Below are positions 1 to 12,785 of a DNA stretch of 64,000 nucleotides, piece after piece (positions within the stretch are counted from its first letter, which is position 1; each line of letters starts with the position of its first letter). This DNA is from Squalus acanthias (lineage: Eukaryota). Made by a program: the position numbers and the translations under genes. The stretch spans positions 163,806,001-163,870,000 of the forward strand of contig CM059425.1 in assembly GCA_030390025.1 (NCBI GenBank). Reading direction: 5' to 3'. The notes under the pieces were generated by a model, which did not search any database, was not told the origin of the DNA, and was given only the letters and a program-made list of their open reading frames with translations.

Positions 1-1573
1 TGCAACAGGACATAGAAAGGCTAGCAGAATGGGCAGACAAGTGACAGATGGAATTTAATACAGAGAAGTGTAAGGTGATGCATTTTGGCAGAAGGAACAG
101 GGAGAGGCAATATACACTTAATGGCACAGTTTTAAAGAGTGTGCAGGGACAGAGGGACCTGGGAGTTAATGTGCATAGGTCCCTGAAGGTGGCAGGATAT
201 ATTGAGAGAGTGGTTAGCAAAGCATATGGGATCTTGGGTTTCATAAATAGAGGTATTGAGTACAAAAGTAGAGAAGTTATGCTGAACATTTATAAAGCGC
301 TGGTTAGGCCACAACTGGAGCATTGCATCCAGTTCTGGTCACCACACTTTAGGAAGGATGTGAAGGCACTTGAGAGGGTGCAGAGGAGATTTACCAGAAT
401 GGTTCCGGGGATGGGGGATCTTAGCTACAAGGACAGGTTGGAGAAGCTGGATTTGTTTTCATTAGAGCAAAGGAGGTTGCGGGGTGATTTGATAGAGGTG
501 TACAAGATTATGACGGGTTTGGATAGGCTAGACAGGGAAAGGCTGTTCCCACTAGTTGATGGTACAAGGACTAGGGGACACAGATTTAAGGTTTTGGGCA
601 AGAGATACAGGGGGATGTGAGGAAAAACTTTTTTACGCAGCGTGTGTAGAGGACCTGGAATTCGCTGCTGACGGAAGTGGTGGAAGCGGAGACATTCGGG
701 GGCGGGGTGGGGGGGGGGGTGAATTGAGTTGCGCCTCCTTTGGGGCGCTAACTTTGCCCCGAAAAAATTAGCGCCCCTGCGGCCGAAATTGAGTGGTAGC
801 GCCCCAAGAGGGAAGCGAGGCACTACTGGAAGCGCCCCGCCTCCCTCTTGGGGTGCCGCGGTATTGCAGGCCTTCCTCCCCTTCTTAAAGGGGAGGGGTC
901 TTGTGCAGCGCGACCCAGGGCCCAGCTGAGCCACCGGGCTCGGAGTGCCGACAAAAGAGCCCGGCCCTCAAGAGAAGTGCCGGGCTCATGGAGCGCAGCC
1001 GGCACTCCGCAGACGGGGGCGGGGGTGCTCAGTAGGCCAGGGACGGTAGCGGAGGCAGGTGCTGTCAGGCGTCCAGCAACAAAAATGGCCGCCCGGCACC
1101 TCGCCTTTAAATAGCGCTGCCCTGGCCGCAGGCAGGCCCCCCTGACCCTGTTGGACATAGCGTCTGGTGGTAAGTCAGGGGGCGCTACTGAAGATCGCGG
1201 CTGGGACGCGAGCGGGACGCTGCGCACGGCGATGATGTCATCGCCGGCGGCGCAGCGCCGCGGGGCACTAACGGTTACCGCCGCCGCTAACCTCCCACTG
1301 AATTTCGCGGGAGGCGTTAGTGGCGCCGCGTCCGGGCGCTAGTTGCTTTGCACCCCGTTAGCACCCTCTTTGGGTGCTAACGGGAGGCGCAAAACAACCA
1401 AATTTTTTGCCCTCAATGTTTTCAAGGGGGGACTGGATAGGCACTTGAGGGAAATAAACTTGCAGGGCTCTGGGGATAGAGCAGGGGAATGGGACTAACT
1501 GGATTGCTCTACAGAGAGCTGGCGCGGACTCAATGGGCCGAATGGCCTCCTTCTGTGCCGTTATGACTCTATG
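1..1573 (+). mobile_element. CR1-type LINE 3' fragment, split by a Harbinger MITE at 699-1412
   Basis: ORF 48-620 carries CR1 ORF2 C-terminal motifs (FNTEKCKVMHFG, RDLGV, LVRPQLE, LEQRRLRGDLIEVYK). LINE sequence resumes at 1413 and ends in GGGCCGAATGGCCT...(ATGACTCT)n. Confidence 0.9.
699..1412 (-). mobile_element. Non-autonomous Harbinger MITE (GGGG-end family)
   Basis: Reverse complement of the right end (GGGCAAAAAATTTGGTTGTTTTGCGCCTCCCGTTAGC) matches the left end of the 25631 element. Flanks are TCG/TCA (3-bp TSD, 1 mismatch). It cleanly interrupts the CR1. Confidence 0.8.
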
Positions 1574-1724
1574 ACACTTAGTCCATCACCTAATTTTCCT
1601 AGACTAGCAACTACATTATAACATTTTATAAAATAACCATATAGGCAGTATTATTATTTAAGTAGGAACTTTAATACCTTTTTATAATTTATGTTTTTTG
1701 TCCTGTAGGCAAATTTTGGATTAA

Positions 1725-1880
1725 ACAACAATAACATGGAATTATATAACACCTTTAATGTAGCAAAATGTTCCATGGTATTTCACATTTGGGAACAGAG
1801 ATTAGGGGAGGTGAAGGAGACAAGGTCAAAGAGCTAGGTTTTGAGGACATTTTGGACATTTCAGGAGGGGGTGATGAAGC
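1725..1880 (-). mobile_element. Old L2-type LINE 3' tail remnant
   Basis: AACAACAATAACATGGAATTATATAACACCTTTAATGTAG resembles the reversed tail seen at 7172 and 23440-23495. Confidence 0.5.
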
Positions 1881-4088
1881 ACTGAATGAAGGATTAGAGA
1901 AGTTGGGAATCATGTGGAGAGATTAGCATCAGTCGGATTGCAAAATACACAAGGTAGCATCTTGGGTAACTAAAGGATATTCGGTTGACCTTTTCTCGGG
2001 TTTAAGGATCTTTCTGATTCTGTGAGGTTTCTTTCCCCACTAATTGCTGCTAACCAGAATCCTGTTCCCAGTACCAATGGAAAAGCTGGTGTATGTGTCT
2101 CAGAGGCCACTTCCCCTCATAGCAGCAACACATAGAAGTACTCCATCAACTCCCTGCAGGAGCCTTATTCTTTGCAGAACCGAGCTGTCAAGGAGCCCGT
2201 GTCAAAGAGTCCGCCTGTTCCATGCTCATCCCAAGACTTGGGAACCCTAAAAAAAGGACCACCTCCATCCCAAGAGGCTATAATATTTTTCAGCAGCTAT
2301 GCACATCTCAGACCACAGGCCTCAGATGGTACGTATAAGAAAATTTGAATAGGACATAAGGGGTGTGCAAGGTGACAGAGCCAAATAGTTTTTTGGAAAT
2401 AGTTGTCATAAATTACTGGCATATTTGATGTAAGGACTGCTTCATGTTTTGTATGACAATGGGGAACAAGTAATGTGCTGAAGTTGAAGCTGCTCTTCCC
2501 CCAGCATATACATCATATAAAGTGGGATTCCCATTGGGAAGTCCATTGGGAAACACATTCCTTCAGATCCTAGCTCAGTAACAGTGTTGAAATAGATTAC
2601 TTTCCATTGGTGTTGCAGAATGTAGGGGAAGGCCTCCTGAGTAGAACAGTGATTTTTTCCCCCCAATACCTGCAGTACCAAGATATAGTCAAAAGTCTCC
2701 ACAAGCAATCTCAGTTGTACAGTGTCCCTTTAACCAAGTAACACATCTTGATGAATGGATCCTGATAAATTGAATCTTTTAAACAGTGGTCCACATTCTA
2801 AAGGGCAGATGAGAAGGTGGAAGTCATAGCATTTAGCACAGGTGACATCCCATCCCATCCAACTCTATCATTTGTATGTGGCTGCTACTGGGAGGGTGGA
2901 CATTTCTTCAGTGCGCCCTGAAACTGAACAGAATTTATGCTGGGGTGCAAAGGTGTAATTGCCAATGTACGATCTTCCTCAACCTATGAATTTTGGGATC
3001 TGTGAGTTTTTCTGTATGCAGTCACTGTATCCCATCATGTTGGTGTCAGATAACTTGTTTTCACTTGTTGAAATGATATAAACTATGCTACATATCTTCC
3101 CATCTGAGACAACAGCTTTGAGACCTATATCCTGGGCTCTGTCAGTGTTACTCTATCCAATCATCAAGATGTATGCTTGAGTAGTCCAAGGAAACTGACA
3201 TTTTTTTTTGCTTTCCTCTCTGTGAGAAAGAAGTACTTGATCTTCTATCAGAAATTTCCCATGATAGCAAAGTTGATACCAGGAGTTCAACATATGGGAA
3301 ATTACAGACACAGATCTGCATCCTCAGATTAGTCTTTAAGCTGCTTGAGATTGTCACCCTCTATAAAAAATAATTACATACTTTTTATCAGAACAGGAGT
3401 TCCATCAAGCTAGAGATTTTATTATAAAATAAAAATAATAAAAGGGTTGCTACATTACGCTTTCATATCCTGTTTGTTTTCATTCACTCCTCCATTATGC
3501 AAAACCCTAAAATGGTGGCTGAGTATGTGACTATACAATTATGCACTTACATTGGCCGAAACTTTCTGAGGTCTGTGCAGGCGCGATTGGAGGCAGGTCG
3601 GTGGGAAATTTGAAAAATCTTGCAGCGGGTCGGGAACCCGCCATCATCCCACCCCCACGTGCCTTTCCCTCGGGTGTGTCTGCCGGCACGGCAGCGACCC
3701 GAATGGCAGAGGCGGGCGAGCTAATTTAGATCATTATTAGGTACTTGTCAGACCCTTAAGAGTCTTTTAACCCTACCTTTCAAATTTCACTGGATGACCA
3801 CGGGAATCACGCAGCTTGGGAACCACATCTGTCAACCTGAGGCGGAAGTTGAGCGGCTATTGATCAGCTGATTAGTGCACAGCATGAAAAGTACAATAAA
3901 AACTCTAGCCTCACAGCTGATCAATTTCCTCAGGCAGAAGCTGTTGCTGACTGCATTGCTAGCACAGACTTAGCTTTCTACAGGCTGCAAGTGTTTCCAG
4001 CAAAGTCCCCATCCAGTGTCACCTCATTGTTAGAACCTATCACCTCATTGACAGATTGCTTCTGTCATCTCTACTTGACCTGCCATCT

Positions 4089-5295
4089 ATGGGTGCCGTT
4101 TATACTGTCTCACCTTGGTCCTCAGAATGGGACTGCGATGAGCCCCAACACCAGCAGCACCAGGCACACCAGCAGCACCAACAACAACACCACCAACCTT
4201 CTCCTCAACCACCTGATGTTGCACAGGACAGAGGGCATCAGCACAAGGCTGCACCACGCTGGAGGCGATACCCCCAACACAGGGTATACAGGCAGAGGAT
4301 GAGCTTCCTCAACATGACTGAGCAGCAGTGCCAAAGGAGGCCCAGGCTATCACACCAGATTGTCGCAGACATTTGCAGATTGCTGGAGCAAGACCTGCAG
4401 CCCAGAGGAGTGGGTGGACACGCCTTACCAGTGTCTGTCAAAGTCACCAGCGCCCTCAACTTCTTCGCCTCAGGCTCCTTCCAGGGATCTGCAGCAGACA
4501 TTTGCGACATCTCGCAGTTGGCCACCCACAGATGCATCACACAGGTCACCGATGCCGCCTTTGACAAGTCAGCCAATTATATCAACTTTGCCACTGATGA
4601 AGCCAGTGTTACTGAGTGGGCGCTGGCCTTTGCCGCACTGGCTGGCTTCCCACGGGTGCAGGGCGTCATCGACTGCACACATGTGGCCATCAGGGCACTC
4701 CAGCATCACCCAGGAGTCTTTGTCAACCGCAAGGGCTTCCACTCCCTTAATGTACAGCTCATCTGCAACCATAGGTAGATCATCGTGCATGTGTGCGCCA
4801 AATTCCCTAGCATCTGCCATGACTCTTTTGTCCTGCGCCAGTCCACCCTCCCTCTGCTCTTCACTCCTCCAGACAGACTTTCTGGCTGGCTGCTTGGAGA
4901 CAAGGGCTATCCACTGAAGACATGGCTTATGACACCCTGGAGGAGGCCAAGTACTGAGGCTCAGGAGAGATATAATGAAAGCCACATTTCCACCAGATAT
5001 GTCATAGAGCTGACAATAGGCATGCTGAAAATGCACTTCAGATGCCTTGACAAACCTGGAGGAGCCCTTCAGTATGCATCAGCCAGGGTCTCCAGAATCG
5101 TAGTGGTCTGCAGCGCCCTGCACAACGTAGCGCAGCAGCGAGGATTAGCGCTTCATGAGGAGCAAGGCACTGAGCGCACAGCCTCTTCAGAGGAGGAGGA
5201 GCAGGAGGAAGCTGCAGTCCAGATCCCACCAGCAGCCGAGCACATTGCTGCCCCAGAGGGCCAGGGATGGGCTCATCATGGCCAGATTTACTTAA
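4089..5295 (+). pseudogene. Harbinger (HARBI1-like) DDE transposase with an in-frame stop at 4776-4778
   Basis: Motifs [45 protein letters not shown] across ORFs 4056-4778 and 4785-5384, which are in the same frame. Confidence 0.9.
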
Positions 5296-5595
5296 CTTTA
5301 TGCATTACAGCCATATATTGCTGCCTCATGCTGCGCCAGGTTGGCACCACCACACAGCAACACCATAAAGGATCCCAACAATGACCAAGCCATTCCTTTC
5401 ACACTGACCACCATTGCTGGAGGTAATGTTATGTCTCACCATTTATTCCAACTCACTAAGCCACTTCCAAAGGTGCACACAAATTTGTCCATGACTGGAA
5501 AGTGGTGAAAATAAAGATTTTTATGTGTGACATTGTGTAAAGTTTCTGCTACTGTAATCATTTAACTAAACACCCAAGTGGCTATCCTTGTGAAT

Positions 5596-7899
5596 CTACT
5601 TCATCTTTCTCTTACACGTGCTTCTATGAGCTGCTACCCCTGTGGCTTCAGCAGAGGTAGACACAGCCTGCTCACTTCCCTGCTGCGACTGCTTAGATGC
5701 TTTTGGCAGACGTTCTCTGGGTTTTGGAGCCTGTGGTGGCCCTGTCAAAGTCTGCTCCTCCTGTGACTCGGCCATCGCGATCCGAGGAGGCATCTGGGGC
5801 TCTGACTGAGAGGGTGGTAATGGGGGAGAAGTGTGAGCGCTTTGAGAGGAGCCCCCACTTCCGTATCCCCTCTCACCCTCATCCCTCTCATGGGCCACTC
5901 GCACTTCCCTGCTAGCAAAGAGCTGGATAGCACAGCAGTGGGGCCATGAGGACCCACGTCTACGTTGACATCCCTCCTAGACAGGAGGTCCATGAGCGTC
6001 TGCCATCTATTGTCCATAGATAGCCTTCTATTCTCCATAGAGACCATGTGCTCCTGTGAGTGGTGCATCAGCTACTCCATGCAGGTGGCCATCCTATCCA
6101 TGGAAGAGCCTACAGTTGCCATCGCCTGTGACATGGTAGTGCTCATGTTGGAGATAGACTCCTCCATTCTCTGGACATTTGCAGACATCGCTTTCGCAAA
6201 ACCTGTCAAAGTCTCCTGCACTTCTTGCTGCACCTCCAGGAACGCCCTCTTTCTGGATGGTCCCTGAGGCTCAGCGTCTGCATGCAGCTGAGCAGAGCTA
6301 GGAGCGTCCTGCACCCTCCGACGAGGAGTCTCCACTGCTGTTCCTGTCTCTACCATTTGCTCTTGCTCACTTGTAAGTTGTGAGACACCAGGTGACAACA
6401 CTACTCTATCTCACGTGGCACCCACCGAGGTGTGCGTCTCTGCGCTGGTGCTGGGTGCGCTTATGTCTGGTGACGGTGCACCCTCAGAGGCTGGAGGCTG
6501 CTCTGAGGAGTTGTCTTCCTCTTCCTCCTGGACAGTGGAGGGACGGGTGTGGGGCGGGGGGGACTCTTGATGGACCTGTGGGAGAGTAAAGAGATCAGTT
6601 AGATATGTCATATAAAGAATGGGTACAGTTACCATTGTGCACATGATGACCATTCACTGGCTGCTGACATCAGTCCCCATATGAGTGACTGATGTATGCC
6701 ATTTAGCTGTATGATATGTAATTCTGTCACCAGGTTGCTGAGATGTCCCCCCCTCTCCATCTCCCACCTCCAGCTGCTCAGCAACTCCATAAATTTCCAA
6801 GGCAGCCTCCTCTGCTAATGTTAGGGTCGCCAATGATGGCATTCCACCTCCGGTTCTCTCACTCTCCCTCTTATTGTGGGCTCTCTTTTCCTGCAAGGAG
6901 GGAAAGAAGAGAAGGTTGAGTGAGAGTGATGGAATGAATGTAAGGAATGGAGGGGTTACATCTTTAGAGGGAGACTATGATGGAGTGGGGTGCCAAAGCC
7001 AAGTGGCCTCCTTGTGTGTTGTTAGTTGGTATGATTGCATTAGGATGAGGGTTAGTGTGAGGGGTGGCTAGTTAGATGGGGATGTGATAATGTAGATAGA
7101 GAGAGAGGGATGGGTGGACATGCAAGGTATGTTGGTGTGAGTAAGGATGGGTAGCAGTAGGGTTGGGAAGGCAACAACAACAACTTGTATTTATATAGCG
7201 CCTTTAACGTAGTAAAACATCCCTCGGCGCTGCACAGGAGTATTTTAAGACAAAAAATTTGACACCGATCCACATAAGGAAAAATTAGGGCAGGTGACCA
7301 AAAGCTTGGTCAAAGGTGTAGGTTTTAAGGAGCGTCTTAAAGGAGGAAAGAGAGGTAGAGAGGCGGAGAGGTTTAGGGAGGGAATTCCAGAGCTTAGAGC
7401 CTAGGCAACAGAAGGCACGACCACCAAAGGTTAAGTGATTATAATCAGGGATGCTCAAGAGGGCAGAATTAGAGGAGCGCAGATATCTTGGGGGGTTGTG
7501 GGGCTGAAGGAGATTACAGAGATAGGAAGGGGCGAGGCCATGGAGGGATTTGAAAACAAGGATGAGAATTTTGAAATCGAGGCGCTGCTTAACCGGCAGA
7601 GTGATGGGGATGTGATGAGTGGCACAGCAGGATGAAGTTGAGTGTGGCTTTGTACTAACGTTTCGTGATCTACTGAGATCATTGAAACGTTTCCGGCACT
7701 GCACCCAGGTCTCCCTGACCACATCCCTGCTGTTTACCTCCTCTGCTATTTGGAGCCAGGTTCTTTTGGTCTCCTGGGGAGGTCTCTTCCACCCATTAGA
7801 AGGGAAGAGGACCTCTCTGGATTCTCTGACTCCCTCCACAAGTAGATGGAGGGAGTGATCGGAGAACCTGGGTGCAGCCCTCTGTCTCAGTGCAGTCAT
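5596..7899 (-). pseudogene. Harbinger Myb/SANT-like DNA-binding gene; exons ~7899-7660, 6890-6731, 6575-5596; exon 3 frameshifted
   Basis: Exon 1 reads RAAPRFSD...WLQIAEEVN...WVQCRKRFNDL; exon 2 reads EKRAHNKRESERTGGG. GT/AG sites and intron phases (0, 1) match the intact copy. Confidence 0.8.
7172..7597 (-). mobile_element. L2-type LINE 3' fragment inside Myb intron 1
   Basis: Minus-strand peptide LPVKQRLDFKILILVFKSLHGLAPSYL...LWNSLP; tail AAAGGCGCTATATAAATACAAG(TTG)n. Confidence 0.8.
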
Positions 7900-8344
7900 A
7901 TTTGGCACTCTTTGTAACAGTCCAATTGTGCAGTGTGCTGCCTTCACACTCCTAGATGAACCTTCAAATGCAATGTGGCCATGGATCCTTTAAATATCCC
8001 GGCTGAAAACGTGTTATCGGTGACATCATTAGACCCGCACCATTTAATTGGGCTGGGTAATGTGCAGGGCAGCCTTAATAGGCCCCATTAACGCAAAGTC
8101 TCTCTGAGGAGCAGCATGGAATCAGGAACAAGGTCGCGACCAGCCATGGCGACCGCACGCACCCAACCCGCCCAGGTACGGAAAATTCTGGCCATTGTTC
8201 TTGTTTTATGCATTTAATCTGTGCAGCAAATTGAAATGAATATTACAATTTGCCTCCAATTGTTATATTTGCACACAGAAAGGAAAAGTATAGTCCTTCA
8301 TGTTCATCTTGTTTTTGCCCATTTAGTCATAGGGGAACTGGATT

Positions 8345-8756
8345 TTTTAAAATATTTGTTCATGGAATGTGGGCGTCGCTGGCAAGGCTGGCATTTATTG
8401 CCCATCCCTAATTGCCCTTGAGAAGGTAGTGGTGAGCCGCCGCCTTGAACCACAGAGGGCAGTTAAGAGTCAACTACATTGTTATGGGTCTGGAATCACA
8501 TATAGGCCAGACTGGGTAAGGACGGCAAATTTCCTTCCCTAAAGGACATTAGTGAACCAGATGGGTTTTTGTGACAATCCGGTAGTTTCATGGTCACTAT
8601 TACTAATTTTTTATTCCACATTTATTTGATTATTTAATTAACTGAATTTAAATTCCTCAGCTGCCGTGGTGGGATTATGAACTCATGTCTCTGGATCATT
8701 AGTCCAGGCCTCTGGATTTCCAGTCCAGTAACATAACCACTATGCTACCGTACCCC
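8345..8756 (-). mobile_element. tRNA-derived SINE with a LINE-derived 3' tail
   Basis: Minus strand starts GGGGTACGGTAGCATAGTGGTTA (A box). The 3' end GGGCAATTAGGGATGGGCAATAAATGC is shared with the LINE at 37905-39190. Confidence 0.7.
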
Positions 8757-8980
8757 TTCAAGTGAGTTTAGTTTACAGTTAAGTGATCCCCTGCCAATCT
8801 AGTAAGGGTCGGGGTAGATTGAACTCCCTTCAAGTTAGAATAAGCAATTAAAATAGAGGCCATCGCTCAATCTAGCCTGGGTCACAGAGATATTGGACCT
8901 TCTCCAAGCAAGTGCAGTTTGCTTCATTTTGTGCTTGGGCTTTACCCAGTAGGAGGAAATTATTCATGTGAAACAGTTTT

Positions 8981-9869
8981 GGGGAAAAATTCGGTTGCTT
9001 TGCGCCTCCTGTTAGCATCCTAAGAGGGCGCTAATGGGGTGCAAAACAACTAACGCCCGGGCGCGGCGATGTTTGCGTCGCTCGTGAAATTGACCAGACA
9101 TTTTGCGGCGGCGCTAAACACTACCGCCACGATCTCCTGCGGCCGCAGATTGTGACGTCAGTCGAGCGTGCAATGCCCCGGTAGCGCCCCGGACTGGATA
9201 TTGAGTGGCGCCCCCTGCCTTACCGCCTCCTGCTAGCAACGACAGGTTGAGGGGAGCGTTTTGCAGTCGGGAAGGGACTGGGGGAGTGCTATTTAAAGGC
9301 GACCGCTTCCTGCCTTTTTTTGTCGGCGACATTTTTGCACCACGCATTCTGAGAGAGAGAGAGACTTCTGGAGAGATTCAACGCTGTGTGAAGGAGTTTT
9401 GGGTATTGAGCAACACTTTGCATGTTCATTTTGATTTGATCTTCCTTGCATCGATTTAGAAGAGACTATGGGGGCTGCACTCTGAGCTCTTTCCCTGGAC
9501 CTCTCCATTGTTCTTTCCAGCAGATTTGATGTACAGGTCTCTCCAGGCTGAGTTTCAAGGCTGCAATGAGCAGGGTGTGGATGGAGAGCAAGATCGACCC
9601 TTCCCTTTAAGAACTGGCCGGTGCCAGTATGTCTGTGATCCATTGCTGACTGACATCACATGAGCTTCACCAGCCCTCTGAGGTAGCGCCTCGCTCCTCG
9701 GTGTTAGCGCCTTAAGAGAGGTGTGTAGCGCCTGATTTAGCGCTCCAATCACCTCCAGGGGCGATAGAAGCCAAGTTTGCAGTCGGAGGCGATAATTAGC
9801 GGCAGGCGCTAAACTTTGCGCCTGGCCGATAATTGCGCCCCAAATGGGGCGATACCGAATTTCTCCCCC
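8981..9869 (+). mobile_element. Internal-deletion derivative (MITE) of the 25631 Harbinger family
   Basis: Both ends align with the 25631-29847 ends; TTT flanks on both sides. Retains transposase ATG GGG GCT GCA (9468) joined head-to-head to the Myb start MERSRERAQ (ATG at 9508, minus). Confidence 0.88.
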
Positions 9870-10020
9870 TTTGATTTTTAAGTTTTTGACTAGAATGCCG
9901 ATAAAAGTGGGAAAATAATACTCCCTAAGTTCTGCAGTTTGTTTGGCTATCTCAATGAAAATGAGACAAAGCTATCATTTCCACGTACAAAGTAAGTATA
10001 AAAGCACCTAGAAACATAAT

Positions 10021-10868
10021 GGGAGGAATTTCAACCTCAAAAAACGGGTGGGTTGGGATCGGGTGGGAGGTTAAAGTGTTAAAAAACTGAATCCTGTCCC
10101 CAACCTGCCCACTTCCAGTTTTAACAGAGGTGGGACGGGGTGCGGGCAGCCAACTCACTCCCAGGAGGTGGGTCTCCCATTTAAATATTATAATGAGGCT
10201 GGTGTGCCTCAGATTTAACCACCATTTTAAATTTAACCCTAGCTGGTCTGGTTTCTCAGGCCTCGGGGAAACCGTCAGCTAAAGTAAGGCGTGGATCCAG
10301 GAGGTAAGTGCCTTTACACTTAACTCCTGGATTCAGCGTCCCTGCCTCACCAATCCCCCACGATTGGAGAACCCCCCCGCCCCCCGAGGCCTCCGATCCC
10401 CCCAACGAGAACTCCGATTGCCTTCCCAGACTCCCCCCTCCAGCCCCAATGCTCCTCTGCCCTGATCCTCTCCTCCCCCCGATCCTCCAGCCCCAATCCT
10501 CCCCCTCACCCCCCACCCCCACCAATGCTCCTCCGGACGGCCCCAATGCTTCCCCCCACCCCGATGCTCCACTGGCACCAATTCTGCAGCCCCGATCCTC
10601 TGACCCCCGACCGCCCCGCCCACCAGATCCCACCCTGCTCCCTCTCTGCGGCCTAGTGCCGTAGGCCTACCCGCCCACAGCCAGCCAGCCTCTCCATCTG
10701 GCTGGCTGCATTTGGCAAACAGAGCTTTGAAATGTTAATCAGGCCCTGCCGTTAAATTTGGCACTGCCTTCATGGGAAACTTGTTCTCCCGGGTTTTCCG
10801 ACCACTTTCTACCCGCCGCCTCCTCCCCCCCCCAGCTCCCAACCTGCCTCCAGATTAAAATTCCGGCC
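10021..10868. mobile_element. Harbinger-type MITE with a C-rich low-complexity core
   Basis: Ends GGGAGGAATTTCAA / TTAAAATTCCGGCC; flanks AAT/ATT; sharp GC-rich block within AT-rich flanks. Confidence 0.65.
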
Positions 10869-11269
10869 ATTGTTCCACAACAAATCTCTATTACATTTAC
10901 TACATAATCAGCAACACCGTCACCTGAAAAGTGTACTGTATATGACAACTGTAAGCAACAAGTTCATAATTCAGGCATAGTGCCCAAAGGAGTACAATTC
11001 CCTTGCCTTTTTTGCCCTTTCCTGAAAAGATCATAGTGTTTATCAAAAACCTTCTTGTTTGTTTGTTAAACACTCAGACATGATGGCAAAATTAACATCA
11101 AATCAATTCCCCAGAACAATATTGTGTTGCCTTCACGTGATGTAATTCTGAAGAAAATAAGCCATCTCTTCTATTTGCTCATCTACCATGCATTACCCCA
11201 TTTTTAACAACTGTGCTTGTAGAAAATTACAGATGCACAACTAATTCCCCACCACCTCCCACGCCCCCA

Positions 11270-11641
11270 ATTTTCTTCCTTCCTCTCCTGAAGGTGCATA
11301 TTCTCACTGGGGTTTAGTCCCAGCAGCTCTGCTGCCTTACCCAAATGGCTATTTTTTTTAAATGCAAGCCTGCTCAGTGAGTGCTGGTATGCTATTTTAT
11401 TGTGAGGGAGATCTAGCTAAGCCTGTTCTGACCTGATGTCCACATTCTAGCAGGGATCACTGCATAACAATCGTGACTGGGAACCGTGGCCGATTTTCCT
11501 CTCCCAACCCAGGAACACTGAGGCTATTTTGCAATGCTCCTACTGTTGACCCAGCTAAAATCAGCTCACTCAGCACAGATTGAGCATTAAACATGTCCTA
11601 TATTTGGCAGTACCTTTATGCACTAGACCAGCAGGGAAGCT
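11270..11641 (-). mobile_element. Degenerate tRNA-derived SINE
   Basis: Minus-strand head ...TCAATCTGTGCTGAGTGAGCTG resembles heads at ~23520-23640 and 32150-32242. Confidence 0.45.
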
Positions 11642-12419
11642 AGAAACCAGTCAATATAGCCCTGTCTTATACAAATTGCTGGATTCCTAGACGTAGGGGA
11701 CTCAGCAGGATCTCGTATAGGAGGAGGTAATTATATCTAAACAGACTAAATGGAACAAAACATTTGATTCAATGAAGAAGCAGGTCAAAAATAATATTTA
11801 CCTTGGAAAGATTTCAAGCCTTTATTTAAACCAAAATATAAGACTTGTAAGTACTGCAGAAAATGGCATGTTTCTCACTTTTTTCTTCACCATGTATAGC
11901 TCACCTAATTTGAAACAGTCTGCATAGAAATGAAAAGCCAAATAACATCCTCCCTAGTCATCACTGTCTATCTGCCTTATTTTCATTCTGGTGACTTGAG
12001 TGTTAACCCAGATTCTTGTGAGTCTCAAAATTCGTGAACTGCCACCTTTCTTGCCACTCCAGCTTCATCCTCTTCCCGCTTGCTTTGCCCTGCTGGCTGT
12101 GTCTGACCCACGCACCCTGATGCTCCTGGCTCTTCTTGCCTCTGGTCTACCTGTAACCAGCTCTTCTGCCACCCCTTCCCCACCTCTGCTCCCATACTCA
12201 GAATTTATTAAATCCCTCACAGTGTTTCTTATGTTTTGAAAGTGCTATGAGCGCTTATTATAGTTCTTAAATTAGTCTTGTACTTTGCTCCATACTCCAA
12301 CACCAGGCTGAATGTGAACGGACACCTTTATTTATAGCCTTGCTGCTTTGGCTCTTCTATGTTTTCTTCATAGTTTCAGGGGACAAACTGACAGCAGGTC
12401 TGGTACATCAATAGCTTTT

Positions 12420-12785
12420 TCAGTGCAATTTGTTAATTTGCTGAAATCGGCCCCTCTATTAGTTATTTTGATTCGCTGGTGGCTGGTGCTCTATTCATTT
12501 AATAATTCATTAGTGCCTATTTCTGTAGTAATTTATTGAATGATTTGCTGGTGTGCCCATTACTTTATTAATTTATTTTGCCTGTTTCTTCATTAATTAA
12601 TTTATTTGTCAGTACTTACTGCTCTATGAATTTATTAGTTCACCAGTGGCTGCTGCTCCATTGATTTATTATTCACTTGTATGTCTGTCCTGTATGAATT
12701 GATTAATTTGCTGGTTCCATTGTTCTATGAATTTACTGATTCAGTCAGTTCCAGTGCTGTATTAATTTATCAATCACTGGTGCTT
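12420..12785. repeat. Degenerate AT-rich tandem repeat, period ~31-34 bp
   Basis: Recurring CTGCTCTATGAATTTATTAGTTCACCAGTG-like units (e.g. 12619, 12686, 12720, 12754). Confidence 0.6.

Larger units (their letters stand above)
3554..8193 (+). mobile_element. Full-length decayed PIF/Harbinger transposon (GGCC-end family)
   Basis: Imperfect TIRs GGCCGAAACTTT / AAAATTCTGGCC. ATT TSD at 3551-3553 and 8194-8196. Convergent transposase and Myb/SANT genes inside. Confidence 0.85.

Noticed and set aside
2000..3360. Unique sequence with short minus-strand ORFs after an acceptor-like TTTTTTATAG
   Set aside because: All frames contain stops and I recognise no motif; it may be a decayed exon but cannot be supported.
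10256..10664. Pro-rich and Gly-rich ORFs
   Set aside because: Artefacts of the C-rich MITE core.
11802..11904. Exon-like minus segment MVKKKVRNMPFSAVLTSLIFWFK* with AG/GT flanks
   Set aside because: In-frame stop, no recognisable homology, and no linkable partner exons.
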